A stretch of DNA of 64,000 nucleotides from Sphagnum compactum (lineage: Eukaryota): contig OZ234493.1 of the NCBI GenBank assembly GCA_965153455.1, forward strand, positions 28,262,213 to 28,326,212, read 5' to 3'. Both the position numbers and the translations under genes were made by a program. This document shows positions 36,688-50,892 of this stretch, piece after piece (positions within the stretch are counted from its first letter, which is position 1; every line of letters begins with the position of its first letter). Under the pieces are notes generated by a model that did no database searches, was not told where the DNA came from, and saw only the letters and a list, made by a program, of their open reading frames with translations.

Positions 36688-39600
36688 ATGGGAAGCACCG
36701 AAGAACCGGAACGGAAGAGGCGACATCTGCATAACAACAATAACAACAACGCTCATTCTGTCTCTCCGCCACTCAAGAAGCAACAACCTCTGACACCATC
36801 TTGCGATGAGAAGAAGGTACAGAGAGTGCTCTAGCCGATGGTGTTGTGCAGGTTTTCTTTTCTTTGGAAGTTGGAACTGGAATTTGAAGCTTTGAAAACT
36901 TCATGCTATGTTTTTCTGCTGCTGTTTTGCGTTTCGGATTTTCGCTTACCATGCAACCAATTTTTGAAGCTTTCTTTTCCCTCTTTTCTTCTCGCATGGC
37001 GAGTAACTCCCTTTGTTTCTTGTTCCAAGCACTCTCTGAACATTGGCGAGAGTTTCTCTTTCATACCTTAGGAAGAAGGTTGTATTAAGTTTTCCTTACT
37101 AGGTCTATGGTGTTTTGCTTCTGTGACCTAGATTTGCTCGGAGCCTTGCCGTTGTAGTAGCAGGTGTTGGAGGAGGTAGAGGCTGGTTTTTTCTAGTGTA
37201 GTTAAGGAAGTACAATGATAGAACTTGATGTGTTTTCTCATGTGGGACAGCAAGTTTCTCTGGAATTCGGTAACAGATTTTCCTTTTTTGGCAGACCTAC
37301 TCTTGCTGGCCATCTAGTTGCTCTATGAGCTCAGATTTTCAAATTGCCTGCATAGATATGGAATTGTTTTTGAGTGGATGGAATTTCTGGGACAACGATT
37401 ATGATCACTGTTTAGAGCAGCTACTTGACTAGTGCAGGCAGGATAGCCATGCACATGGACATTGTGTTCTGGTGCATTGCAAGTTCTCATCTGTCTAGTT
37501 CTTTGCATTTTGGTGCATTGCAAGTTCTCATCTGTCTAGTTCTTTGCATTTAAGAGTTTTCTGAAATTATTAGATGCTCTGATTTGCCTGCAAGAACACA
37601 TTGGCTAGCACATCACATTACAAACCCTTTTCAGTCAATGATCAAGTCAATGTTGCTGGGTCTCAAGTCTTTGGAACCCTTTTTTTGGCAATCATTGTGC
37701 CCCCCATCTCACGGTCTATAATTTAGCCCCTGCAAGTGGACAGTCCCAAATTTTGTTATGATATTCTTCTTGAATTGTTTTGTTGCTTTTATTCAGTCAC
37801 TTCAGTCTTCCCAAGGCACTGCAAGAAGGAGATGGTTTTTGAGATCTCTTGGTATGACATGAAAAGGTTCTGATTCAGGGTTGATTCTGGGTGTAGGTGG
37901 ATGCTGGAATGCTCCAGTATCAAAACCAGAAGCTTGCACAGCAGCTTGATGTCCAACGAACTGAGATCAGTGTCTTGGAGGGTAAATGCAACAGCCTTAG
38001 AAGCAAGCAGGCCTCCTATGATGACACTCTTGTGACTATCAACCGTATCTGGAATCAGGTCTGGGTTTCCATGTTCTATCTGCCTTGTTCACTGGTTGTG
38101 GTTGGGGTCAAATGCAAGTTTGAGGATATTAGTCTTAGTTTCTTTCCTCACATTGGACAGTGCATGTCTAGTGGTTTCAAGAATTATATCCATTCGCAGG
38201 ATTTGCCAATTTTGCACCTTGTCTATTGTTACGTGAGTGTGGAACTTAGTTTGCCATACATGCCATTCTGTTGCCACATAGTTAAGCTATCATATTGGCC
38301 ACTGCTGGATAATGGCAATCTAGGTCACAAGAATGTTAGTTTGTACATTTTTGTGCTATTTTTTCTATCATTTTCTTCTTTGTCAAGGTTCAATTCTTTA
38401 GGAAGTTCTTAACACAACCAACAATTCTGTAGTGCAATTATTGTATTGATCAAGCCTGTCACACACACAGATGAAGTGGATTTGTTGAACTTTTGAAGGC
38501 CCATGTAGCTGAAGTAGCTCCTATTCAGCATGACAACTGTCCTACTATGGCAATTTTATCATAGAAGAATTGATAAGAATCTGTGTGTTCTGATATCATT
38601 GAAAGTAGCAGTCTCCCCAGCTTCTGCTAGAGTGGTCATTTAGAGGGAAGATGTCTTGAATTGCTAGGTAGAAGGGAGGAGAAAGGATTGACAGCCTAGG
38701 AAGTGGCATTTTCTGGTGAACCCTCTGGAATTGAATCTCTTTCTATCTTAATGCCGGGGATTGACTTGAAAAGCTGTTGTTATAACAGCTGGTGGATGAC
38801 TTGGAGTTGCTGGCAGTGCGTGCCAATGCTGCTTCCAATGGCATTCGGATACCTGAACCTGCCTCGTTGACAAATGGTAAGTACATATCATTTCTCTCTG
38901 GTTTCTTCTTGGAGAGCATGCATATCCTTGAGTGCCATTGCGGATATGATAGGATCTTGGTAGATGTCAATATTTATTTAATTGCCAGGGAGAGATAGAG
39001 TGATTCATATCCTTTCATGCCTCTCACAGTTTCTGTTAAGGGTTTGTGGTCTGTGTAGAGCCTCTGCCAATGTTCCACTGCATGGAAGTTTTGTGAAGGG
39101 AGGCTAGTTTGTTTGGTAACTTGTGTATGATGGGATTTAAACAACAGTTTATGAGTGGTCATATCAAACAGTCAGTGCATGTGCATGTAGGTACGCTAGG
39201 TTTTTTGTTCCAGTTATTGTCATTTCCCTAGATAGGACACTGATGGTTAATGCTGAATACCTTTGGAAATTTTTTATGAGCTGCAATCAAATGGGTGGAC
39301 CATTATAGTTGAACTTAGTGGAACTCATTATGACATCATTTTTCTGGGTTCTATTGTTGTGTGGATTGTTCAGTCCACATGTTTGGAAATTCTGATAAAT
39401 TGTGGAATTAACAAGTTGCATCTCTTGGGTGCAGATAGGGTCAATGCTGCAGGTCCACCAGAGGAGACTTTCTTGCGGCGACTACTTGATAGAGGAGCCA
39501 CAGAGACCAGAACCATAAAAGAAAGCAACTCTGTGGAGATGGGGCTTGCTTCTCGGAAGTCTTCAACTATCAAGACCATGAAAATGCTTGTGCAAGCCAT

Positions 39601-42600
39601 TGATATTCAGCGAGCAAAGAATGAAGAACTTGCTGCCTCGCTTCGTGGTGTCCTATCTGCAGATGGTTTGTGTTTCTTTGGAGACCTTTTTATACTATGT
39701 GATAAGAGTCTGGACTCCAGTTCGAGTTGCGCAGGAGAGTATTTTCGTAGTTGTCTGCACCCTAGATATATCTCAGATACTGGGAGGAATCAAAGGTTCT
39801 TAATGAAAATGGTGAGCAACTAACTTGGTTGCTTTCTGTATGATGACAGTGGCAGGTCAATTACTACAGAAAACAGACGAGGAGCTAAGGTGTGAGATGA
39901 AGAGACTACGTACCGTAATGGATTCTCTCCACTTGAGCCACAAGGAGATAGCAGCTGAAGCTGGTTCATTTAAAGATTGTCATGCAAAAGACCAAGCAGA
40001 AATTATGAGGCTATCAGGTACTGTTCAGCTATTCAGTTCTGTGAAATTCATAAATAAGTTTAATTGTTAGTAGAGGACTGCATCCCATGACCAGTGATGT
40101 GTTAAATCTGTGTTAAAGCTTTGCAGTTTCAAGGATGGGAGTATCGGTGCTTCTATGAGGTTTTTTCAGTTACCACATGTTAGTTACAGCACAGCTGTCA
40201 TAGAATTGAATAATAGAGGCATATTGTGGTGTTGCTCAGCCAATCCTAATTGATGTTTCTGGATTTGGTAAGCACTTGTATTCAAGATATGTGGCTATTT
40301 GTGTGCTTAGAATGTTCTGTGTTTTGAACTGTTGGTGCTATCTTGTTGTTGTGGGTTTGGGTCATATGGTGGTCATATGGGTCACGGGAATCAAATCTGA
40401 TCTTCAAGCTTAATGCAAGAGGGCTAGAAGAGCTTGGAGTAGAATCTTTAGAGACATCTAATGTACATGGGTATACATGAAGGTGAGCTGGAGGAGGCCT
40501 CAGCAGAACTGGAGACAAGTAGGCGCAAGCTGGCTGCCCTTCGAAGCCAAAAAGAGGATATGTTTGTTGGACCACCTACACCTGGTGCCATGCAACCTGG
40601 TGTTAAGTTTGAATTTGGGGATGGAATTGCTGGGCCTGAAAAGGCTTCAAGGGAAGCTCGTGAGCTTGAGGCTAGCTTGGAAGAGGCCAAGGTAATCCTT
40701 GTGTTCAACCTTGCATCTCATTGGTACATTTTGATGAAGATGCTGCATAGCCAAGAGCCAGCCAATCCGTTGTGTAGTTTTGTTGGAGCTGGGATGTTGA
40801 ATATGTATACAGATGATACTCCCATTTGTGAGAATTGAAAATATGACCTGCTTGTATAAGTAGTCACTCAAGTTGTATCTTATGCCAGCCCACCAGCTTA
40901 TCAATTCATGTTTTATTTTCAGACACTGGCAGATCGAAGACTCTCTGAACTTCAGGAAGCATTGCAAATACAGTTAAACCAGTCCCAAGAGCTTCAACAC
41001 ATGCAGGTTTGTTCCAAAGCCTGTTTCTCCATGTAGTGTTGGTGGTTTATGATTTCTCCATGCAGTATTGTTCCTAGTCTTGACCTCCCACATGAGCTTT
41101 CATGGTGTTTGTGAAAAGTGCCATAGAAGCCCATCACTAAGAGAGTTTCTACATTCAGAAAAATCTGCCAGTCACCTGTCACGATTGCTGGATCAATGTA
41201 TCTCTTCAGTTTTAGAAGTTATGTATGGTCCTTAATTTTGGCTAACACCTGAGCTATTCTGGCTAGTTCTATATCTTGGAGGCAATAGTATGGCTGATTT
41301 GATCCAATGTTTCTTTGAACTTCAGGACCTATTGGACGATGAACAACGAGTGTTAGCATCCCAGCCTTACCAGTTATTGAATGATCAAGTTCAGTATCTA
41401 AGAAGTGAGGTTGAACGATACGAAGGCTTAGTAGACCAGATGCAGGTTTGTAGCTTTCTCACCTAGTTTGACTCAATCTCGTGCAAAGTTATCTGCAGAT
41501 ATTTTTGCTGGGTGTGCATTTTGGTGGCACTGTTTTTTCCTCAAATGATCATGTCATTAGTTATCTGTCTTGTTTATCTCCTTTTCCTTGCTTCTTTTCC
41601 TGGCTGTTCCCTCTATAACCTTATTATAAATTCATCTTGTGATTCTGTACAGTTTGATTCAAATTGTAAGTATGAAGTGAATATATTGGTTGTACTGTAC
41701 TGGATTGTAGCCTTCTACTGTAGACCTCATTAGGATACAGATTGTGAAAAATGTGACTTTGCAGTCCCAATTGGAATTAGGGGGGAGAAGTAAAAAGAAA
41801 GACAGAAACAGTCTTATGTTTAACAATGGGTGATACATAGGCTGATCGAGATGCAGTCTTGAGACGAGAGAGAGAGATGACCTTGAAGGCTGAAGCAAGT
41901 GAAGCAGCTCGCAGAGCAAACACATTATCTGATGCCCAGGCTGCAGAGTTAGAGTCTAAGCTGCAACTTTGCATGTCTGAACGTGATGCTTTGCAACTGA
42001 GATTAGAAGAGGCCACTCAAGCTTCAGGTGTGTTTCCTTGACATTTGTAGGTGTCTAGGTGTTCAGATGACAAAGTTTAGTGGATTGCTGTGAATGCATG
42101 TTTGATCTTGGCCATGTTTAGCTGTCTGCATGAAGTGTAGAAATTGATGGAAATGATGCTTAATTAACTAGATGTGGCAGTTTCATTTATGTTGCAAGTC
42201 ACTCATAGAGATGGATAATTTCAGTGCTGAGCCTCTGGAGAAAATCATGAAGCCATATGGACTCATCTTTTGTTTCCCCTCATAGGAGGTACCAATGCAT
42301 GTGTATCAGATGATGTGTGGTGTTATTGTAGGAAGGAAAGAGTCTGTCGCAGAGTTGAAGGTGATGGTGGCCACTCTTCATAAAGAGATGAGCATGATGC
42401 AGTTGCAACTCAACAAGTATAAGGAAGCAGCCTGTGCAGTCCATTCACTTCGAGCAGAGATCCAGTCTACGGCTGCAGCCCTGGACAGAAAGGTATGTTG
42501 CTTCCTACTTTATTGTCCAAAATCTTTGAGTCTTGTTGCTCACCACTTTTCTTGTGATTTTTCCAGCAAGTATTCAGGAAATTTGTCTCTCTACTATTTA

Positions 42601-45600
42601 TCCATTTTCTATTGGAAGTTGGGTGTTGTTGCTGTGCCAGCTGACTGTTGATGCCGATCTGCAGGCAATGGAGTGCAAGAACCTTTCAGAGCAATGTGCT
42701 AGTCAAGTCATGGAACTCTCTCGGGTGAAGGATGAGGTATGCTTAGCCTGCCTTCAAAACTGACCGGTCCTGGAGAGAGTGCTGGTTAAAAGACAGGATG
42801 GACTTGTGAGCTTGAATTCAAGAAGAAATATTGAAGTTTGCTCAAGAGGTTAGAATTTTCTCAGTGCTATTATCTTAGGTTCTATCTCTGATAGGACTTT
42901 GGCTAAAGTAAGACCTTACTTGCAATTCATAGAAGCACTTCACAGTTGATTTGACATGCAGATGGTTAAGACCATCTCAACAACTAATAGTGGCCCTGTT
43001 ACTAGTTTAGAATATATTCACAAAATGACATCAAAGTTGACTGATCAACATCACTAGAATATCACCTGACTGATGTGAATGAGCCTTCCTGGCTACCTCC
43101 ACTTTTTGGGTGTGTAATACACACTCCTGAATGCCTGAATGATAGCTGTGCTCCTTTGGATGTGGAGGCTCCCGGACTATATCAGGCTGTAGTGAGAGGG
43201 CTGATACCTACCCCTAAACTTTTGCATGCTTCTACTGAAGACACATGGCTGTTTGGCCCTCTGGGGACAGTAAGAATGTACACATTAGAGCTGTGGGTGA
43301 TTGAGAAAGAACTTGCAGGTAGGAGGTTTGCGGGAGAGTGAACAAGAACTCACACTGATCCTGGATATGTTGATCAGAGAGTCCCCTGACTCACGGTAAG
43401 CATTCCCTCTCAGAATCCTTTTTAACTGGTTCACATAGAGTGACAATGTTAATTATTGTAGGGATTGTTTGTTCATTTTGGGTGCTGGAAATCAGTTCAG
43501 AACTATTCTCATTAGACCTTAGGCCACAGCCTACTGCAGTTGGCCCAATGCAGAAAAACAGGGAAATGAATATTCTTGCATGCAGCTCTTGTGGTCTTGT
43601 GTCCATTGTGGTTTGGATGTAGTGAACCTGCTGGATTATATTTGCAGGGATGTGATGGAGCTGCAGCAAGCTGAGTGTAGAGCATGGGCACAGGTGGAGC
43701 ATTTGAAGGAAGCATTGGATGAGCACAGCCTAGAGCTTCGTGTGAAAGCTGCCAATGAGGCAGAAGCTGTATGCCAGCAGAGGCTCACTGCTGCTGAAGC
43801 TGAGATTGCTGACCTCCGACAAAGATTAGATGCATTAGACAGGTTTGAAACTTGACAAACTTGAGATCATAAGCTAGCCAACAACCTAGCAGTTCCCTAC
43901 TGAGGAGTTGTGTCTTTCACATTTGAATATGTGGGGCTTTTCATAATGGAAAGTAGTTTAGAAGGTATGGGCATTTCTCAGTTTGCATGAGAAAAACGTC
44001 AAATCTGCTTTTGAGGATGGGGTTTTGTGGCTCAAAAACTACAGGAACCTGAGCAGTGATGCCAAGGATTTTCTTTTCCACATTGCTACTTTTCCACATT
44101 TACCGGCATTGCTGTTTCCTAAATCAAAGGAGCTTCAATTTATGCTGCAGGGTTGATATGGAGCTCAGGGAATCTTTGAAGGCCAAGAGTGAGGAAGGGG
44201 ATGCTTTCATTGCTGAAATAGAGGTCTCTTACCACCCTTCATTCCCACCCTCACTCTGGGATAGCGATATCAATTCCGCTCTTTTTATTTGATGAAGAAC
44301 AAGCTAGGCTGATGGATGGACATTGTTTTGACTGACAGGTAATTGGGCAAGCTTATGAAGACATGCAGACTCAAAACCAAAGGTTACTGCAACAAATCAC
44401 AGAACGGGATGATTTCAATACCCAGGTCTGTGTAAACATTGTTTTTCACATCACTTCCATTCTTGGTAGAATTCTTTTGTACCCTGACAAGCTCAAATAA
44501 GAATACTGCCGACTTTTTTTTAATTAGCTTTTTTGAGTGCTAGCGTTCATCATAAATTGAGCCTTCCCAGTGCTTCTGGAATGGGAGAGAAACTCAGGAT
44601 GCAGATATTTATACAATGGATTGCCCAAAATTTTGGGGAGATTGTATCGTTAGCTGTCAAATGTCAGGAGGTGATGAAGTTAGTGGATAGCCATGGCAGC
44701 TCATTACTGCTATTCATGATGAAGGTGATGGTCTGATACTTTGTGAGTGACACTCATAAGGTTATCACTGTATTCATTCTTGTCATGTTAGTTTTGGTTC
44801 TACTGGAACAGACAGAACAGTGACCTTCAAGTTGTTTGCGTACATTTTCTCTGCAACCTACAGATATGTTTTTGTGGAAAAATGTTTAGTTTCATTTCTG
44901 TCACTTTGGTGATCTTCAGTAACTTCTTTGCCCAAAGTTGACTTGGACCTCTTGCAACTCTGCAAAGCAACAGAATTTGTGTTTTCTCAAGCAGAGCGGT
45001 GCAGAGTCCAATGTCTCTCTACACAGTTTGGTAACCACCTCTCCAGTCCAATGCACTGACCCAATTCTGCCCTCTGCTATTTTGAAGCAACTCATGTCTT
45101 TCAGGCTAACCTTCTGTTTTATGACTCTTAGCTGGTGTCGGAGAGCTTAAAAGCAAAGCAGTTGCAGACGTCCCTTTTGGCAGAGAAGCAAGTGTTGGCC
45201 AGCCGCATGCAACATGCAAATGCTGCAGCAGACATGCATAAGCAACGAGTATCCCGCTTGGAGGACCAAGTACAATTCTGCACCTTGTTCATAATGTTCA
45301 ATCAAGTTTTAAGGAGTTCCAAATTTGGCGCTCTCTGCCGCGTTTTCTTCCATTTTCCCCTGTTCTACCCTCATCTTAACAGCTCCTAAAAGGAAATTCC
45401 TAGTCTCCTTTATCATTGCAATCCTAAACCCACTGAACCCTGATCATAGCTTCTGAGGCCAGGTCTTGATTGTTAAAATATTTTTTAGGAGTGAGCAAGC
45501 CTCCTTTTGTTGCTTGCTTCAAGATGACTGTGCAACTGGCCTTCAATTTAAACCACAATTACCAATGGGTCAATCCCTTGTGACTCAGTCTAATATGTGG

Positions 45601-46495
45601 TTGAATATGTGATAGGACATTGGTTTGGTCTAACAAGTGATTGGACATTGGTGCAGGCTAGGTCATTGATAGAACAGCTGGGAAAAGTAATGGATGAGAG
45701 CCGGCAGTATGCATCAGCCTTGGAGATGACAAAGCGCAAAACTGTGGAGACAGAGAAAGAGCTTCTGTCAATGAAATCTGCCCTTGATGCAGCACACAAG
45801 GGGCTTGATGATCGCAATCACAGATTAGCTGATGCCCAGGCTGACCTCGAAAAGGAGAGGTTAGACATTGACATCTTTAAATTTGGTGCATGGTTTCTTT
45901 TACTCTTACAACATTGCCATCATGTGTCTGAACTAGTGTGTTGTTTCTTGAATGTGGATTGAGCATTTGAGACATTGTTTGGTGCTGCAGATTTGAGAAG
46001 AGAAGGGTGCAAGAAGAGTTGGAGGCTTTAAACAGCAAGATGACACGCCTGCATTCTCATCGTGATGGAGGATTGATGCTAGAGCGGTTGCAGGGTGAAA
46101 TTAAAGAGTACAAAGCCATATTGAAGTGCAGTGTTTGTCATGACCGACCCAAGGAGGTGATTATGATGCCTTTTGAATTCAGCCTTTAAAGACAACAGTC
46201 AAGTCACTTGATTAAGGGAGTCCTTTAATCGATTTGAAGAAATTGTCCCTTTAAATGTTCTAAGTACTATCATGGGCTATTGAGCAAGAGCCCATCTTTA
46301 TTACCAAATGGAAAGGGATCTGAATTGAGCAGAAACTAACTACAATTTGACATATTGGTGCAGGTGGTTATCACAAAATGTTACCATTTGTTTTGTGGGC
46401 CTTGTATTCAACGGAACCTTGACCTTAGGCATCGCAAGTGCCCTGGCTGCGGTGTTCCATTTGGTCAAAATGATGTACGAAATGTGTACATCTGA
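36688..46495 (+). CDS. HUB1: E3 ubiquitin ligase BRE1-like (histone H2B monoubiquitination), ~19 exons
   Basis: Exon 1 MGSTEEPERKRRH (36688-36816), exon 2 DAGMLQYQNQKLAQQL (37897-38058), coiled-coil exons, IGQAYEDMQTQNQRLLQQITERDD (44339-), and a RING LKCSVCHDRPKE|VVITKCYHLFCGPCIQRNLDLRHRKCPGCGVPFGQNDV ending at TGA 46493-46495. The N-terminus resembles HUB1 more than HUB2. Confidence 0.93.
37470..37551. repeat. Perfect 41-bp tandem duplication in HUB1 intron 1
   Basis: tggtgcattgcaagttctcatctgtctagttctttgcattt occurs twice head-to-tail. Confidence 0.95.
44503..44768 (+). repeat. Dispersed repeat family X copy in a HUB1 intron
   Basis: attagct..gagtgctagc..tgcttctggaatg..gaaactcaggatgcagat..tgcccaaaa..catggcagct..atggtctgatactttgtgag..aaggttat. 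Confidence 0.8.
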
Positions 46496-49400
46496 TGGGT
46501 TTTCTGAAGGCATTGGGGCTGCTCAGGTCTTTCTCAATTCTTTTCTGTTGTCTGCTTCGTGGCTGGGCTTCTTTCTTGGAACTTACTGCGTCAAGACAGA
46601 TTGTATACTCCTGGTTGCTCAGGTTGCCCAGGTTGCAATTGGAACGGCTCCTCTCAATTGGCACGAGCTGTCTAAGATTGGGTGGCTCTCTTCATTAAGA
46701 GGCTTGTACATTCTCAACTTTTTATGGAGATTGCGCTTTTTGCGACTCAGTATAAAACATGTAACTTGTGCACAGTATTCTCCACATCAGCATATGTATC
46801 TTGCTTCTGGTTCTCCTGTTTTCTGTTACCTGCTTTTTCTCCTTGTGTGTCATCTGTTTGTAATGCCTGGTGAAGCTTGTTTTCCTTGTTTCTGAAATAT
46901 ACAATTGTCAACAGGGATTGTCACAGAAATATCAAGAGCAGCCCAGATCTCTGGTGTTTTGCCTCAAACGGCCCCACATTAGGCCACACTCAGTCTTTTG
47001 AATATGTAATGGCCTAATTCCAGGATCCTGGTCTATACTGGATCAAATGGTAACCCAAATGATTGTAGACTATTGTGATTGTAGGTCTACATTGGCTAGG
47101 TTAAGTAGTTACTGCATATCATTTTGAGGTGTTAAGTTCCCAAAGCGAAGAGGCCCTAACCATATGCTGTTCCTTCTGTTTCAATTAGAAAGCCAGGTGT
47201 GCAAATTCCAATCTCAGGGTGAATGAGTCTACTTGGTAGATAAGAATTTAACATGGTTCAGGTGATATAAGTTGCCAATGGTTAGATTTGACTTTGGGAG
47301 GACATCATGACCCCTTTTTTATCACTTACTGCTAACTGTATTTTAGGCTTCTTTGTGTGTTGGTTGGAAGCAAACTTGTATGACCTGCCGAGACCACTCT
47401 CACTTCAGAGGTGCACCTGACACTGGCGGTGTTGAGGTTGGTGCTGTTCTTGGCTTTGGTTGAACTTTCCAATCTTGTCATCCTGCTAAGGTGGGTTGTA
47501 TAATGTGTTAGCATATACAGTAAAAATATTGTCCAGACTGGTAGAAGTCGGTCCCAAGGTTTATTTCCTTATTTTTCATGCTACAGTCAATTCACTCAAA
47601 ATTCATGTATTGATTGGTTTATGGGAAGATTTGTGTTCTGATGGTAGAGATTAGTTACCAGCTGTTGTGGAGATTTGTCTGCAATTTCATGGATTGTGAT
47701 GCATTGTGTGTTGTACAAAGCTTGTCGGCTTGTTGGGTACAATATGGCTTACAAGTCTGGTTTTTTTCCCATTCATTCGCACATGTGAAAGATATCATTT
47801 TGCACTATATTAGAGAAGTCAATATCAGGGTTTTATACATGAATCTTTAGTTTGGGTTGTAAACATGGAAGGGAAATAGAAAAGCAAGCTTAGATTGGGT
47901 CATGGATTGTGGACCTTTTGTCGTATTTGAAGTATTGAAGATACTATGGAAGAACCTGATAGTATGAGGGGCAGAAGCCCCTTGTACTTGGGAAAAGGCT
48001 TTCAGTCCTATTATTAGATGCAATTTGTGTTTTGCCTATTCACTGCTCAGGATGTAGATTGTAGAACAATGTTGTGGACAAAATCCAAATAGATCTAGAA
48101 ACAAAAGTACAAATGGTTGGTGTGGTCTCTAATGTCAATTTTCCTTTTGGTTGAGTTGTTTATGTCTTGAAAGTGTGACATTGATGGACAGGTGGGAGCC
48201 CCAGCAAACTTCTCATGATGTGCTGAAGAGTATTCTTTGTACAAATGTACACAATTGAACTTTTCAATCTTGTGACACTCAACTGAATCAAATTGTCTAT
48301 TGTGTTTGTGATGTGTTTAAAGGATGGTTGGTGGAGGTTGAAGGCAATGTATTAGTTCTAAATTGTTGCTGACATAGTGAAATCTACAACATGAGCATGT
48401 CTTGCAGGTATGGACAAGAAATAATTTGTGGGATAATCAAATGCTGCTACTGGAAACGGTTCAGATTTGTAAGTCTTTCAAATCCTTGCTAAATTGCAGT
48501 ACCCATGGTTTACTTTGTGCTTTCATTGAATTATTAAAGGAATTCACTATATAGACATTTCTTCAACATCACCATTGCCAATACCTTCGCAACAAAGGTG
48601 CATGATAGTACTTTGAGGCATTTTTAGCCATGTCCACCTTAATCACAAAGTGATTGAATTATGAACTATCATTTTTTAACATGATTGAGATATCTGAATG
48701 GTTTTTTTTTCACATGGAGATTAAGATAACTAATATAATAAATAGCCTTCGACCAGAAGTTCATTGTCCAATTATGTTTTTCAAAGAAAATACCTAACTG
48801 AATTTCTTTAGTTAAATTTTTAAACACTTGATGGAAAGTTCTTTTGCAAATGTAGAATTCTTATTTCTTGAACACTTCGATAATTTATAGCATCCTTGCT
48901 TGTCACTGACGGCTTTTTATGTGTGGCACTAAGTTTAATGGGGAATTGAGTGGCTTGTTTTGAATCAAAACATTTGAAAATAGAAATATGTTGTATGCAA
49001 ATTGCTTGGAATTTAAATACCTTTTTTGTTTTCTGAGGGGTGGTGTGACAGCAGCTTTGCTTTTGAACATGAACAAGAGGAGCAGTTTGTAATGTTATGC
49101 AGGACATTGCTGGAACATAGTGTGGAGCGCTTGTTCAAATCATTGACAAGCCTTGGTTCTCTCACTTTGCATAACTTATAGTTATTTCCCCACATTCTTC
49201 CTCACAACATAGTTTTTGCATGAATGTTGTATATTCCAGGCTAGCTACAAAGCTTTGGTGAATACTTAGTGTTCGAAAGGTACCAATCTGTAAACATCCT
49301 TTTGTTGCCTTTGGAGCTTAAAGAGATGTTGGAGCCCCTCCACCTCCACCTGGTGCATCATCTTACATCACAAAAGTTGCCCAAATTCATCCTGAAATGA

Positions 49401-50892
49401 TCAAGATACAATCTTTGGAAGGGAAGGGGTAATGTGTTTGATGATAGAAGTCAAAACTATTTTTGTATTGGAGCTCAAAGATTTGGACCTTGCTCTATTG
49501 CCGATGAAGTTCAAAGATGTTTTGTATAATGTTACTTGATGCATCTAGATTTTTTTTAAATGTTCAAAATAATGAGGATGATGTAGGTCTTCGAAGGAAG
49601 GGGGTCTCATTTTTTTTCCCTTGTTGGACAAGCTTGTCCTCTTCTTGTTTCTTTTTGGTCATTCCTTTGTCTTTGGAATTCAAAGATGTTGTAAACTTTG
49701 ATTTGGTACACTCATCATGGTCATGAAGATTTCTCTAAATGGACAATTCTTTTTGGTTGTTCCTTGTGACTTTGGAATTCAAAGATGTTTTTTTTTCGTA
49801 AACCTGCACTTGGCACACCCATGGTCATGAAGATTTCTCTAAAAAGATAACAAAACAACAAGATATGGTACACGTTGGATGATAATGTAAAAGGTTCAAT
49901 GAGAAATGTAATTACCCTATGAATCTATCACAATTTGTGACATACTCTTAATGGTGGTTTGAGTTCAACAATATTGTGAACTTCATAGCCTCTCAAGTTA
50001 TGTGGAGGGTGAAGAGGCCCTACGGTGAGGCATTGTGAAAACAAGGTGCCTTACCCGAGGCCGTGAGTTCAACCTCACATTTTGGGAATGTCCCTCACCC
50101 CAAGGCTTTACCTTTCACAAGGCATGAGGCGCAAAATGCTATCATGAACCTAAACAAACCTCAATCACAAGGTGTGGGAGCAGAGAGTTCTTGCACTCTT
50201 TATAAGTAGATGTAAGATCAGTTTCACTCTTGATCAAGAATATCATAATACCTAAGCTAGTTAGGTACTAATTATTTAATTTTGAAATTTGCCAAAAATT
50301 CTGATAAAATATGCAACTTTTTTATTGCCAAAAATCTGAGAGAAACTCTCTCAAGCACATTCACTTCATTATTTAGTAAAGTGCACAATTTATAATGTAA
50401 AATTGTGCACTATAATGTGCCCTCCAATTAGACACTAAAACAATCCTGACCAGGGCTTTTACTTAAAACACATAGGTACAAGAATTTTTAGGTGTTGAAA
50501 TTGAAAAGGAAATGAAAGGCACAGTTGACACAAAAGAGTTGGTGAATGATGTCATGTCCATTCATATGTGTCATTTCATTATGAAGAGTAGGTTCTGTGA
50601 CTCTATTATGGCCAGGTATTTGCTTTTGACCAAGAGCTCCATAACATTTTTTCATTGTGGGTTTACTGTTTTCCTCTTGTTCTGTTGTTTGGGTAAATGG
50701 GTGGATGAGCCAGGAAAGTGATGGCAGAATGAAGAAATTGTCTCTGCAGGTGATTTGGTGGTGATTTCATAGATACCCATATCAACCCTCTTTTTGAATA
50801 CAGATTGCAACAACGACAAAAAAAAAACAGCTCTGTTTTGGAGTTTTCAGAGCAGTAGATTCAGCCTCTTGGGTGTATCAGCTCTCTTCATC

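Noticed and set aside
35882-36772. ORFs with poly-K/poly-F and SLSLSL runs
   Set aside because: Artefacts of the poly(A) and (GA)n tracts.
43075-43341. 88-aa ORF in a HUB1 intron
   Set aside because: The real exon is 43319-43395 in another frame; the ORF has no motifs.
46347-46895. 182-aa ORF at the end of HUB1
   Set aside because: Out-of-frame overlap with the last HUB1 exon and 3'UTR; non-ATG start and no motifs.
49936-50247. GC-richer island starting TGTGA with a B-box-like gagttcaacctc (solo LTR, SINE or tRNA?)
   Set aside because: No matching TSD, no A-box or cloverleaf, and no second copy in the window.
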